From Moraxella sp. (GTDB taxonomy: Bacteria > Pseudomonadota > Gammaproteobacteria > Pseudomonadales > Moraxellaceae): 60,182 bases of DNA. The stretch spans positions 1 through 60,182 of the forward strand of contig JAUNUB010000001.1 of the NCBI GenBank assembly GCA_030538375.1. The letters run 5' to 3'. The position numbers were made by a program, and so were the translations under genes. The notes under the pieces are model-generated. The model did not search any database. It was not told where the DNA came from and was given only the letters and a program-made list of their open reading frames with translations. This document shows positions 10,343 through 18,729 of the stretch, piece after piece. How positions within the stretch are numbered: position 1 is the stretch's first letter; each line of letters opens with the position of its first letter.

Positions 10343-11266
10343 CTATACTTTTTTTGTCATGGCGGCAATGCCATCAATCACCGTCAAAAATGGACTGTCT
10401 TCACGATACAACATCACCAGCGTTGTCATGTTGATACTGCTGTTTTCATTGCTTAACTTTTTATTACTCAACTTTTTATTGCTTACTACGGGGACGAATG
10501 CACTCCTGCCAACCCCCAGCTGTGCCAATGATTTTGGTGCGAGTGCCACCACATCACTACAGCCCACCATGGCAATTTGTGCCAGTGCCGAACTCGTCTC
10601 ACGCACGATATTGGGCGAAAATCCTGCCTGCCGACACGCCAAAATCATCTCATCAAATGACTGCGGACTGACCGCACGGCGAAAACTGACAAAATTTTCA
10701 TTTGCAAGCGTACTTAACAAAATCTGCCGCTCATGATACAACGCATGCGATGGGGGCAGCACCGCACACAATACATCGCTTAGCATGGGTATCGCCACAA
10801 TGCCTGTGCTGTCTGTTTGTGAGCGTACAAATGCCACGTCAATCGCCCCAGTGCCCAGCAGTTCAATGGCTTGTCCGCTGTCAATCTCATGAATGTCCAG
10901 CCCAATGCCGTCTTTGGCAAGATTGTCGGCAATCTCTGGCAAAAGATGGGTCATCGCTTGGGTGATTGCCCCTACCTTGAGACGAGCCTTGTTGTCCGCC
11001 ACACAAGTACGCAGCTCACCATCAAAGGCGTGTATATAAGCAAGGCATTCTCTGGCTTTTGGCAACAAATCATGCCCTGCTGATGTCAGCTCAACACCAG
11101 CCTTTGAGCGATAAAACAACTGTACGCCAAGATTACGCTCTAGCGACTTGATGTGTTCGGACAATGGCGGCTGGCTGATGTGCAGTTTTTCACTGGCTCG
11201 CCCAATGCTTTTGCAATCAGCAACCACCACAAAATAATACAGCCATTTAAACAAACGAAAATCCAT
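10343..11266 (-). CDS. LysR-family transcriptional regulator
   Basis: SIGRASEKLHISQPPLSEHIKSLE..LGVQLF.R HTH signature. Confidence 0.95.
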   Translation of the reverse strand: MDFRLFKWLYYFVVVADCKSIGRASEKLHISQPPLSEHIKSLERNLGVQLFYRSKAGVELTSAGHDLLPKARECLAYIHAFDGELRTCVADNKARLKVGAITQAMTHLLPEIADNLAKDGIGLDIHEIDSGQAIELLGTGAIDVAFVRSQTDSTGIVAIPMLSDVLCAVLPPSHALYHERQILLSTLANENFVSFRRAVSPQSFDEMILACRQAGFSPNIVRETSSALAQIAMVGCSDVVALAPKSLAQLGVGRSAFVPVVSNKKLSNKKLSNENSSINMTTLVMLYREDSPFLTVIDGIAAMTKKV

Positions 11267-11468
11267 TGTGCCACCCATCATCATAACCATACAAAAAAAC
11301 TATCACAAAGCAATTATAATAATATTTTACCTATCAAAAAGGCTTTTGTAAAATATCATTCATATCATCAACGCAAGCAAAGTCGATACAGACAACACAA
11401 GCCGTATTGACAAGTGGTTTTGGCTAAACTTGCTTTGGCTTATTTTAAAAAAAGTGTAAGGAGCTACC

Positions 11469-12257
11469 ATGTTTGGTATTAATGAGATTGGCGTATATAT
11501 TGTAACCGTGATAACTTTGGTGCTGTTGCCCGGCCCGAACTCTATGCTCATCATGACAATGGCGTCAAAACATGGGGTACGCTTGGCACGATTTGGTATC
11601 TTGGGGACGTTCTTGGGTAATGGGCTGTTGATTGGTGCTTCTGCACTGGGGGCAGGTATGCTGCTCAAGCTGTATCCTTTGTTATTCGTGATTATTAAGC
11701 TGATGGGTGCGGTGTATTTGACTTATCTTGGTATAAAACTGCTGCGTTCTGCCGCCCAAAAATACCGCACAAACCAAGCCGTTATCAATACAGCCGCCAT
11801 CAATACCACCAACAAGCAAGCCCACAAACCTTGCTCCCAACAATCCACGTCAACCCCAACAACCACCATGGCAAGGCAACCAAATACAGACAGCGTGGAC
11901 GGTACAGCAAATGGGCTTAACAAAACTGGCTTATGCACCAAAAAAGGTATGACAGCATTGTCAGCATTTCAAAAGGCTCTGTTTGTGGCATTGTTAAACC
12001 CCAAGGGTTTGCTATTTTTTCCTGCCATGATGGTGCAGTTTGTTGAGCCAACTTTTGAGCAACCGCTCATCAGTTTTGCAATTTTGGGCGGTATTTTTCA
12101 GCTCATGAGCTTGATTTTTTTGAACATTTGCGTACCGCTGACCAGTCGCATCACTGGGTATTGTCAGCGTTTTTGGCGAGTGTCATCACTGGGTGAGATG
12201 GGCGTGGGTGTGTTGTTTTTGAGCTTTGCAGGCAAGCTGTGGTTGTCGCAGACTTAA
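11469..12257 (+). CDS. LysE/RhtB-family amino acid efflux protein
   Basis: LLPGPN, GAVYL.YLG, LLNPK motifs; divergent from LysR. Confidence 0.9.
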   Translation: MFGINEIGVYIVTVITLVLLPGPNSMLIMTMASKHGVRLARFGILGTFLGNGLLIGASALGAGMLLKLYPLLFVIIKLMGAVYLTYLGIKLLRSAAQKYRTNQAVINTAAINTTNKQAHKPCSQQSTSTPTTTMARQPNTDSVDGTANGLNKTGLCTKKGMTALSAFQKALFVALLNPKGLLFFPAMMVQFVEPTFEQPLISFAILGGIFQLMSLIFLNICVPLTSRITGYCQRFWRVSSLGEMGVGVLFLSFAGKLWLSQT

Positions 12258-12383
12258 AACCAATCAAACACGGCTAGCCTTGATGTACTTTTGTCCGATG
12301 ACTTGCTTATTTTATCAAAGATAACTTGTCAAGCTGGCATATGCTTGATAAAATTAACCATTATATTTTTTTAAGGAATTATC

Positions 12384-12731
12384 ATGGCAATGCCAATGCG
12401 TGGCGGTATCATCACTTGCGACATTCGTGATGTACCCACATTATACAAAAGCTATCTGCCTTTTATTGCAGGTGGGGCTTTGTTTGTACCGAATGACAGA
12501 ATTTCGGCACTTGGTGAAGATGTGTTTGTCGCCTTTACTTTGCCGTCCCAATCAGACCGCTACCCCTTAAACGGCAAGGTTGCGTGGATTAATCACAAGG
12601 CTTCGGCAAACCGTCCTGCTGGCTTTGCCATTCAATTCGGCAGTGATGCCAATGGTACAAGACTGCGTAACGAGATTGAAAAGCTGTTGGCTGGGCAATT
12701 GGACGGTGCACAAGCCACTTATACCCTATAA
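12384..12731 (+). CDS. pilZ: Type IV pilus assembly protein PilZ
   Basis: LY.SY.PFI.GGALFVP, GKVAWI, ATYTL C-terminus. Confidence 0.9.
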   Translation: MAMPMRGGIITCDIRDVPTLYKSYLPFIAGGALFVPNDRISALGEDVFVAFTLPSQSDRYPLNGKVAWINHKASANRPAGFAIQFGSDANGTRLRNEIEKLLAGQLDGAQATYTL

Positions 12732-12784
12732 CATTTATACCCTATAAAATAACACCTACAATAAGCCAAAGTATCACACACAAC

Positions 12785-12819
12785 AAAAAATCATACAACT
12801 ATAAACTGTGTGATTTTTT
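12785..12819. terminator. Bidirectional terminator
   Basis: AAAAAATCATACA / TGTGTGATTTTTT between convergent pilZ and tatD. Confidence 0.65.
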
Positions 12820-12838
12820 GTGCGTGTTTTGCATTTTG

Positions 12839-13624
12839 CTAAGCGTGATACTGGTTCAACAATTCATCAAAATTGCGACTGCTGATAAGCCCTATCTCTG
12901 TCGCACTTTTGTCAAATACCTTGCCTAAGGCTTCCGCCACATAAGGCACAAAGGTAGGTTCATTGTCTCGCCCACGCTTTGGCACAGGAGCAAGATAAGG
13001 GCTGTCGGTCTCAATCAATATTCTGTCAAGGGGGAGTTTTTTGGCGACATCTCTTAACTCTTGGGATTTATTAAAACTGACAATACCAGAAAACGATATA
13101 TACAGCCCCATGTCCAAGGCTTTTTTGGCAAAGGCATAATCTTCGGTAAAGCAATGAATAATGCCATGTTCGCACTTCTCGGCATGCAGCAAATCCAATG
13201 TATCATGGTACGCAGAACGAGTATGCACGATGATGGGTTTTTTGAGCGTTTGACTGGCGTGAATGTGTGTGGCAAAGCTGTGTTTTTGGGCGGATTTTTT
13301 ATCCGTATCCCAATAATAATCCAGCCCTGTCTCACCGAACGCCCACACCTTATCATGATTGTGTGCAAGCAAATGCTCCACCTTGACAGCGGACAACACA
13401 TCAATATCTTGACAAGGGTGCAAGCCCACGCTCATGCCGATATTCAGCTCGTCATCGGATAACTCCACCCAAGATTTAATCTCATCAAACTCGCCAAAAT
13501 GACACATAATCGCCATGGCACGGTTTACCTTGGCGGACTTCATGGCAGACAGCAGGTTTTCACGTTTGTCGTCATGATTGGCAAGTTTTAGGTAAGTAAG
13601 ATGACAATGAGAATCTGTAAACAT
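12839..13624 (-). CDS. tatD: TatD-family hydrolase
   Basis: DSHCHL, GETGLDY, HCF, ETDSPYLAP motifs. Confidence 0.92.
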   Translation of the reverse strand: MFTDSHCHLTYLKLANHDDKRENLLSAMKSAKVNRAMAIMCHFGEFDEIKSWVELSDDELNIGMSVGLHPCQDIDVLSAVKVEHLLAHNHDKVWAFGETGLDYYWDTDKKSAQKHSFATHIHASQTLKKPIIVHTRSAYHDTLDLLHAEKCEHGIIHCFTEDYAFAKKALDMGLYISFSGIVSFNKSQELRDVAKKLPLDRILIETDSPYLAPVPKRGRDNEPTFVPYVAEALGKVFDKSATEIGLISSRNFDELLNQYHA

Positions 13625-13694
13625 AAATATCCAATATGTTGATTTTTAAAATAATTTTATGACTGTTTTTTTTGATAGTGTCAGACAAATACGA

Positions 13695-14666
13695 TTATAA
13701 GTCATTCATCGCAAGCACCGTTTCGGCGGCTTGCCGAATATCGTCAAGTCCAAGACTGCGTTTGCCGCTCAAGTCTTGCCGCCATTTTCTTGCCCCTGTC
13801 AATCCTTGAAACAAGCCAAGATAATGCCGAGCCACAGTCGCAAGATTTGCCCCTTCATTTTGGCGACGCTCTAGGTAAGGGTACAGTTGCTCCAATATTT
13901 GTCGCTGTGTCGGTATTTTCTTGTTCCACAGTGTATTGCACTCTGCCATCAGCATAGGATTGTGATAAAACGCCCTGCCTACCATCACACCATCGACGTG
14001 GTTTAGGTGCGTGCGAATGCTGTCAAGAGTGTCAATGCCGCCATTAATCTCAATGAACAGCTGGGGGAATTCTTGTTTAAGTCGATACACATCATCGTAA
14101 CGCAGCGGCGGAATTTCTCGATTTTCTTTGGGAGACAGTCCGCTAAGCCATGCTGTGCGTGCATGCGCGATAAAATGCGTACAACCAGCAGTGGCGACAG
14201 TGGCGACAAAATCTCGCATAAATTCATAACTGTCAAAATCATCAATGCCAATACGGTGCTTGACGGTGATGGGCTTGTCGGTGACTTGTTTCATGGCACG
14301 CACCATATCCGCCACCAAATTAGGCTCTGCCATCAGACACGCCCCAATCTTGTTGTGCTGAACACGGTCGGACGGGCAGCCGACATTGATATTAAACTCA
14401 TCATAGCCCATGGTATCAGCAATCTGCACACATCTTGCCATTTCGTTAGGATTTGACCCACCCAGCTGTAGCACCAACGGACGCTCGCTATCATCATGCC
14501 GCAAAATATGGTCTGTATCACCCTTTAAAATCGCACTGGTGCTAATCATCTCGGTGTACAGATATATATTGGGATTGAACAGTCGTGCAAAATAACGAAA
14601 ATCTGCAGTTGTCCAATCAATCATAGGTGCAAGGCTAATCCGACTACCCTTTTTAAAATCAATCAT
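13695..14666 (-). CDS. dusA: tRNA dihydrouridine synthase A
   Basis: APMIDWT, NVGCPSDRVQ, VKHRIGID, GLSPKENREIPPLRY, NGG. Confidence 0.95.
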   Translation of the reverse strand: MIDFKKGSRISLAPMIDWTTADFRYFARLFNPNIYLYTEMISTSAILKGDTDHILRHDDSERPLVLQLGGSNPNEMARCVQIADTMGYDEFNINVGCPSDRVQHNKIGACLMAEPNLVADMVRAMKQVTDKPITVKHRIGIDDFDSYEFMRDFVATVATAGCTHFIAHARTAWLSGLSPKENREIPPLRYDDVYRLKQEFPQLFIEINGGIDTLDSIRTHLNHVDGVMVGRAFYHNPMLMAECNTLWNKKIPTQRQILEQLYPYLERRQNEGANLATVARHYLGLFQGLTGARKWRQDLSGKRSLGLDDIRQAAETVLAMNDL

Positions 14667-14719
14667 CTACATAAAATCTCTTTAAAATTATCAGCTTAAG
14701 TATAAAAATCATGCTGTTT

Positions 14720-14785
14720 TTACTTGTGCTTACTTGTTGATACTTGTGTTTTATTGTGCTTGTAGTGTACCATATTTACACCATT
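14720..14785. promoter_or_regulatory. Putative att-arm / recombination-protein binding repeats
   Basis: TACTTGT three times at about 10-bp spacing, then the TGTACCA...TACACCA pair upstream of dusA. Confidence 0.4.
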
Positions 14786-14823
14786 TTTAAATCATTTATG
14801 ATATAAATCACCACAAGGGGCGA

Positions 14824-14850
14824 ATGCGGACTATTACAGCCGTAGCGTAA
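14824..14850 (+). pseudogene. Possible relic 5' end of a dusA-associated integrase
   Basis: AAGGGG RBS then ATG CGG ACT ATT ACA GCC GTA GCG TAA (MRTITA..), resembling the MGTITARKR start of this integrase family; divergent from dusA. Confidence 0.35.
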
Positions 14851-14932
14851 CCCATGTTCATTGATGAATTCTGCCACACTACCAATATATTCATAAGCAT
14901 ACATCAGCTTTATTTTTCTGCAGCCACCAGCC

Positions 14933-15133
14933 ATGGAAAAAGACAATCTGAACGAAGTACAAAAAATGGTTGTCCTAATTAAGTCCACATTGTGTAATGC
15001 CGATGGCAGTCATATGTTCACCACTGGCGATGAATTGAGCGGCTTTGACCGTGAGACCATCGAAGAGATTATGACCAAGGTGAGCGAGATTAACGGCTTT
15101 GATAAGACGGTGGCAGACGCCCAAAAAAACTGA
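14933..15133 (+). pseudogene. Tail assembly chaperone (gpG-like), probably 5'-truncated
   Basis: LCNADG..MF motif; ends AQKN* over slippery A AAA AAC; only 66 aa. Confidence 0.7.
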
Positions 15134-15441
15134 TAGACCGTCCGTGTCGCAGGTTTTTGTTTAAACTGGCGGCACATCTTGGCAGGACGGTGGCAGAATT
15201 AGAAAATGAGCTCACCCAAAGCGAGCTTATCGAGTGGCAAGCCTATGACAGCCTAGACCCCATTGGCGGCTATCGTATGGATTTGGGCTTTGCTATGCTT
15301 GCCTATCTACAAGCTGGCGATAAGGATAAATCCATACAGGACTTTTTGCTTATTGACCCAAATCCGATGAGTGATGATGACAGATTGGCACAGCAATCAC
15401 GCCAAGAAGTACAAAAAATGCTGGCGATGTTTAATGCTTGA
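15124..15441 (+). CDS. Tail assembly chaperone frameshift extension (gpT-like)
   Basis: The -1 frame from the heptamer at 15124-15130 reads LIDRPCRRFLFKLAAHLGRTVAELE...EW.AYD.LDPIGG.R.D. Confidence 0.8.
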   Translation, partial: KKLIDRPCRRFLFKLAAHLGRTVAELENELTQSELIEWQAYDSLDPIGGYRMDLGFAMLAYLQAGDKDKSIQDFLLIDPNPMSDDDRLAQQSRQEVQKMLAMFNA

Positions 15442-15500
15442 CAAAGCCTAAGAATAAACGCATAATCCAAGTACAAGTTATCTGCTATCAAGGATTTAAT

Positions 15501-15665
15501 ATGCTGTCTGTATTGCTATTTGCACTCTTTTGCGTTTTGATGATTCCTATTGTGATTTGTTTTTTTATCGTTGTAGTGATACCTGTTGTTACGATTACAG
15601 GGTTGGTAGTCCATGGCTTTATCAGAAGCTGTTTGGATATTTATAAACAAATTTTGCAAACATAA
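15501..15665 (+). CDS. Small membrane protein (moron)
   Basis: AAGGA RBS, 54 aa, highly hydrophobic, followed by a terminator. Confidence 0.55.
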   Translation: MLSVLLFALFCVLMIPIVICFFIVVVIPVVTITGLVVHGFIRSCLDIYKQILQT

Positions 15666-15683
15666 CTCAAAAAAAGATTAACT

Positions 15684-15707
15684 GCCGTCCGTTTGGACGG
15701 CTTTTTT
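15684..15707 (+). terminator. Intrinsic terminator
   Basis: GCCGTCC-GTTT-GGACGGC followed by T6. Confidence 0.75.
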
Positions 15708-15733
15708 GTGAGCCAAGTTAGGGTGTGTGATAA

Positions 15734-15813
15734 ATGACGACGGTATCAAAATTACAGATTGTCTTGGAAGCGACCACCACAGCTTTTGACAGAAGCCTAA
15801 AGTCTACGCAAGC
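15734..15813 (+). pseudogene. Lambdoid tape measure protein, 5' fragment cut by the Mu-like insertion
   Basis: MTTVSKLQIVLEATTTAFDRSLKSTQA joins in frame to 49079 onward. Confidence 0.88.
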
Positions 15814-15906
15814 TAAACACAATCTAGATAATTAACCCAGACAGGTAGGATAAATGTGGGAAATGGTGGGGGTGGCTGGGGTAAGTTGGGATAGGGTTTG
15901 AAGTGG

Positions 15907-15924
15907 TATTGCATAATGTGCAAC
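15907..15924 (+). repeat. Left subterminal inverted repeat (putative transposase site)
   Basis: TATTGCATAATGTGCAAC matches the reverse complement of 49001-49018 at 17/18 positions. Confidence 0.75.
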
Positions 15925-15925
15925 G

Positions 15926-15978
15926 AAAAAGGCTTTGATAATTTTAGGTATTAAACTTGAATTTGTCAAAGCCTTTTT
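15926..15978 (-). terminator. Terminator of the early operon/mor
   Basis: AAAAAGGCTTTGA / TCAAAGCCTTTTT. Confidence 0.7.
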
Positions 15979-15992
15979 GTTTTTGGTGGGAT

Positions 15993-16367
15993 TTAGGCGG
16001 AGTGGGCAAAAAGGTCAGGCTGGGAGCGTTCTTGGTATTCTTTTCGCATACGGGCTAGGATTTCATAGATATAGGGCAAAGACAGATTAAACTTTTGTAC
16101 CAGCTCAAAATGATTGTTGCCATTGAACGCTTCCCAAATCGCCAAATCCCGTTTGTGGTATTGCCAAGCGTTGTTTTTGGTAACATAGAACATAGAACCG
16201 CCCCAATGCTCAGCAATGCGGTTGGCAAGTTCATTGGCGATTTGGCTTGCGGTTTGTTCGTCAAGGGTTGTGGTGTGGGTAATGATTTGTGCGCCAAAAG
16301 AGCGTAAATCGGTAAAGAAATTCTCAGCTTGGGCGTTAAATTTACCCTTTCGTCTGCTGTCAGCCAT
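15993..16367 (-). CDS. mor: Mor/C-family transcription activator
   Basis: HWGGSMFY, RD.AIW..FNG.N..EL..KFNLS...IY.IL. Confidence 0.88.
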   Translation of the reverse strand: MADSRRKGKFNAQAENFFTDLRSFGAQIITHTTTLDEQTASQIANELANRIAEHWGGSMFYVTKNNAWQYHKRDLAIWEAFNGNNHFELVQKFNLSLPYIYEILARMRKEYQERSQPDLFAHSA

Positions 16368-16484
16368 AAAGGCACCTTCATTGTTGTTATTTCTCACATT
16401 TTAGCAAAGCAAACAACGGTAATAAAAGACAACTGGCACAAAAAACCACGATTTTTCTATCGTGGTTTTTTGGTTGGGGCTTAG

Positions 16485-16970
16485 CTAATTTTGGGGGTTT
16501 GGGGTGGAGCTTTCTGCTGTTTTGGCTTGTTTTTCTACTCGCTCAATCCATTTTTTAAGGCTTTCAATGACACGGTTTGCCTTGTGGCTGGGTAGCCAAG
16601 CGAGCAAATCAATCCCTGTTTGGCGTTTGACATAGGCACACAAGGCTTTTTCGCTGGGGTCATTGACCGCTCCAAGATTGTGCAGGGTGAGCCAAAGGTG
16701 GCGGATAAGTTTGGCTTGCGGTTCTTTGTCTTGCTTGATTTTTCCTGCTGATTTTGGGGCGGTGGGAGTAAAGCCAAATTGTTTTAGCCATGTCATTACC
16801 TTGTTTAATTCGCCTAAGGTCATTTCTTTTGTGCTGGTTTTGCCTGTGGCGGTTTCCAAAAGACTGCGGTAAGTGCCATCATCAAGGCACAGTTTGGATT
16901 TGCCAATGTGGATAAGCTGGACAAGTTTTTTCTTTTTGTCATAGGGTTTTGGGTTGGTGGTTTGGGTCAT
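16485..16970 (-). CDS. gemA: GemA / Mu gp16-like (DUF1018)
   Basis: IHIGKSKL.LDD.TYR.LL...TGK.S, IRHLW, VIESLKKW. Confidence 0.85.
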   Translation of the reverse strand: MTQTTNPKPYDKKKKLVQLIHIGKSKLCLDDGTYRSLLETATGKTSTKEMTLGELNKVMTWLKQFGFTPTAPKSAGKIKQDKEPQAKLIRHLWLTLHNLGAVNDPSEKALCAYVKRQTGIDLLAWLPSHKANRVIESLKKWIERVEKQAKTAESSTPNPQN

Positions 16971-17053
16971 TTTTTGCTCCGACTGGTTGTTAAAAAAGCG
17001 TTTAAAGCGACTTTTAACCCACTTTAAACGCTTTTGTTTTGTCCCAAAATGGG

Positions 17054-17326
17054 TTAATTGACGGCTTCTTTTAAGCCTTTACCTGCTTTAAATGACGGCA
17101 CTTTTTTGGCTGGGATTGTCAATTTTTCGCCCGTTTTGGGGTTGCGACCTGTACGGGCTTTTTGGGTTTTGACAGCAAACGAGCCAAAACCCACCAAATT
17201 GATCTCACTACCGTCCGCCAAAGTATCGCCAATGACAGCAAGGGTGGCATCAAGGGTGGTTTTAATATCTTTTTGGGTCAAGCCAGATTTGTCGGCGACA
17301 GCTTGGATAAACTCTTTTTTATTCAT
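17054..17326 (-). CDS. Phage-encoded HU-family DNA-binding protein
   Basis: GFGSF, RTGRNPKTGE, PSFKAGKGLK. Confidence 0.95.
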   Translation of the reverse strand: MNKKEFIQAVADKSGLTQKDIKTTLDATLAVIGDTLADGSEINLVGFGSFAVKTQKARTGRNPKTGEKLTIPAKKVPSFKAGKGLKEAVN

Positions 17327-17398
17327 AACAATTTACCTTTTAAAAATGGTCTATTAGGACAATGACAAGGCGGCCAACTCTTGCCATTGTTGGTTTGT

Positions 17399-17689
17399 TT
17401 ACAGTAGGTTACGCTCTACAATTTTAAAGTACTGAGCATAATCTTCCGAAAATCCGTCAAACATTGACCAATCAATAGGGTCAGAGCCTTCAATAAGATA
17501 CAAAGGATAATCCTCTGGTACTTGCCAGTCCTCAACAGACTCATCAAAGTTATCACATAATTGGCTGTACTCACCCTCTATCTGTTTAGCCCTTTCAATC
17601 AGTGCTTCAAGTTTGCTTTTGTCAGATGAAAGAGCAACCGAATAATCCATACCCTCACCTGCATAGGTAAGTTCATATATTTTATTCAT
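17399..17689 (-). CDS. Acidic hypothetical protein
   Basis: 96-aa ORF with AAGG RBS; start region duplicated with the HU gene. Confidence 0.7.
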   Translation of the reverse strand: MNKIYELTYAGEGMDYSVALSSDKSKLEALIERAKQIEGEYSQLCDNFDESVEDWQVPEDYPLYLIEGSDPIDWSMFDGFSEDYAQYFKIVERNLL

Positions 17690-17718
17690 AACATTTTACC
17701 TTTTAAAGTTAAAGTTTA

Positions 17719-17829
17719 CGGTCAGCTCATCAGTGGTGGGCGACCAACCCCACCAGTCCGACCACTAAATTGAGTAATCGCAATCCTATGTTTGTATTGT
17801 CAATCGTCAATTTGGTGGTCGGATTTGCC
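17719..17829 (-). ncRNA. Type II hammerhead-ribozyme-like RNA with variant core
   Basis: Minus strand: GGC AAA, long stem III, C, stem I UGGUGGG/CCCACCA, CUGAUGA, GC, UGACCG; loop GGUCG can pair with the 3' UGACC. Confidence 0.65.
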
Positions 17830-18450
17830 TTATAAATTCGCAAAATCCAAACTAATCTGCTGATATTTGCCGCGTTCGTCTCGTTCATAGAACCGCATAT
17901 ATTCTTTTGATGAGATGACTTGCGTTGCGTCCGAAATGGCGGTCATTGCTTTTTGCCATTTGTCGTCTGTGATATTGAGACTACGCAAAGACAAGACACG
18001 GCGAATGTTGATTTTGCCTTCTTTATCCACCGCAAAAGCATTGTCAATGATTGCCTTGATGTTGTCGTTACTATCGGCTGTCCACTCACGCAGGCATTCA
18101 TCAATCAAGGATTTGGCGACTTGTAGGCGTTCGTCAAACACTAGGTTATCCTGTATGGCGATTTGTACTTTGTATTTGCCATCAAAGCTCATCAAGGTTA
18201 CATTACCTTTTTTACCGCCGATTTGGGTATCGTACTCTTGGGCGGAGAGTTCTATAAAGTTGTGAAATTCGGCAAATACTTGCTCTTTAATTGACCGCAT
18301 TTGGATTTGTAGGCTGACCGCTTGCCCCACAAGTTTTTTGACGGTTTCGTCTCTTAGTTTGTCAATTTCTTTAATCTTATCCACAGGGATAAGGTGTCCT
18401 TTGTCGTTTAGGCGATAGCCTTCTGGGACGGTTGGGGGTTGGGTAGTCAT
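17830..18450 (-). CDS. DUF3164-family Mu-like early protein
   Basis: GG.KGNVTL.SFDG, FDERLQ.AK.LIDEC, W..AM.AI.D, Y.RFYER. Confidence 0.85.
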   Translation of the reverse strand: MTTQPPTVPEGYRLNDKGHLIPVDKIKEIDKLRDETVKKLVGQAVSLQIQMRSIKEQVFAEFHNFIELSAQEYDTQIGGKKGNVTLMSFDGKYKVQIAIQDNLVFDERLQVAKSLIDECLREWTADSNDNIKAIIDNAFAVDKEGKINIRRVLSLRSLNITDDKWQKAMTAISDATQVISSKEYMRFYERDERGKYQQISLDFANL

Positions 18451-18473
18451 AAAATTACTCCGATTGTTTAAAA

Positions 18474-18719
18474 TCACAATGCCAAATAACGGCTTTGCAG
18501 GGTATTGGCAGTCATAAATAACGCCATTTCCATTAGATTGTCATCATTGTCTTTGTTAAGTTCAAATAACTCATCTTTGGCTTGTCCGATTACATTTGCC
18601 AATTTTTCTTTGTCAAGGTTGCCATTTTTGATAAGAATTTGAATGGCTTCGTCCAAAAGTAGCACGGATAAGGTGTAGTGTTCGTGCTTTTCGTCATCAA
18701 TTTGGATTTTTGTTACCAT
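18474..18719 (-). CDS. Hypothetical protein
   Basis: 81-aa ORF in operon with AGGAG RBS. Confidence 0.6.
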   Translation of the reverse strand: MVTKIQIDDEKHEHYTLSVLLLDEAIQILIKNGNLDKEKLANVIGQAKDELFELNKDNDDNLMEMALFMTANTLQSRYLAL

Positions 18720-18729
18720 TTCTCACTCC

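Noticed and set aside
12719-12748. TTATACCCTATAA tandem duplication, and short in-frame repeats in lysR and mleP
   Set aside because: Local slippage duplications with no sign of further function
14776-14988. 70-aa minus-strand ORF as a real gene
   Set aside because: Spans apparent deletion junctions and is antisense to the chaperone; at most a fragment
15901-15930. dif/Xer-like site (GCATAATGT)
   Set aside because: No XerD arm (TTATGTTAAAT); better explained as the phage subterminal inverted repeat
17054-17326. Phage-borne HU as a novelty
   Set aside because: Common in Mu-like prophages and consistent with transpososome assembly
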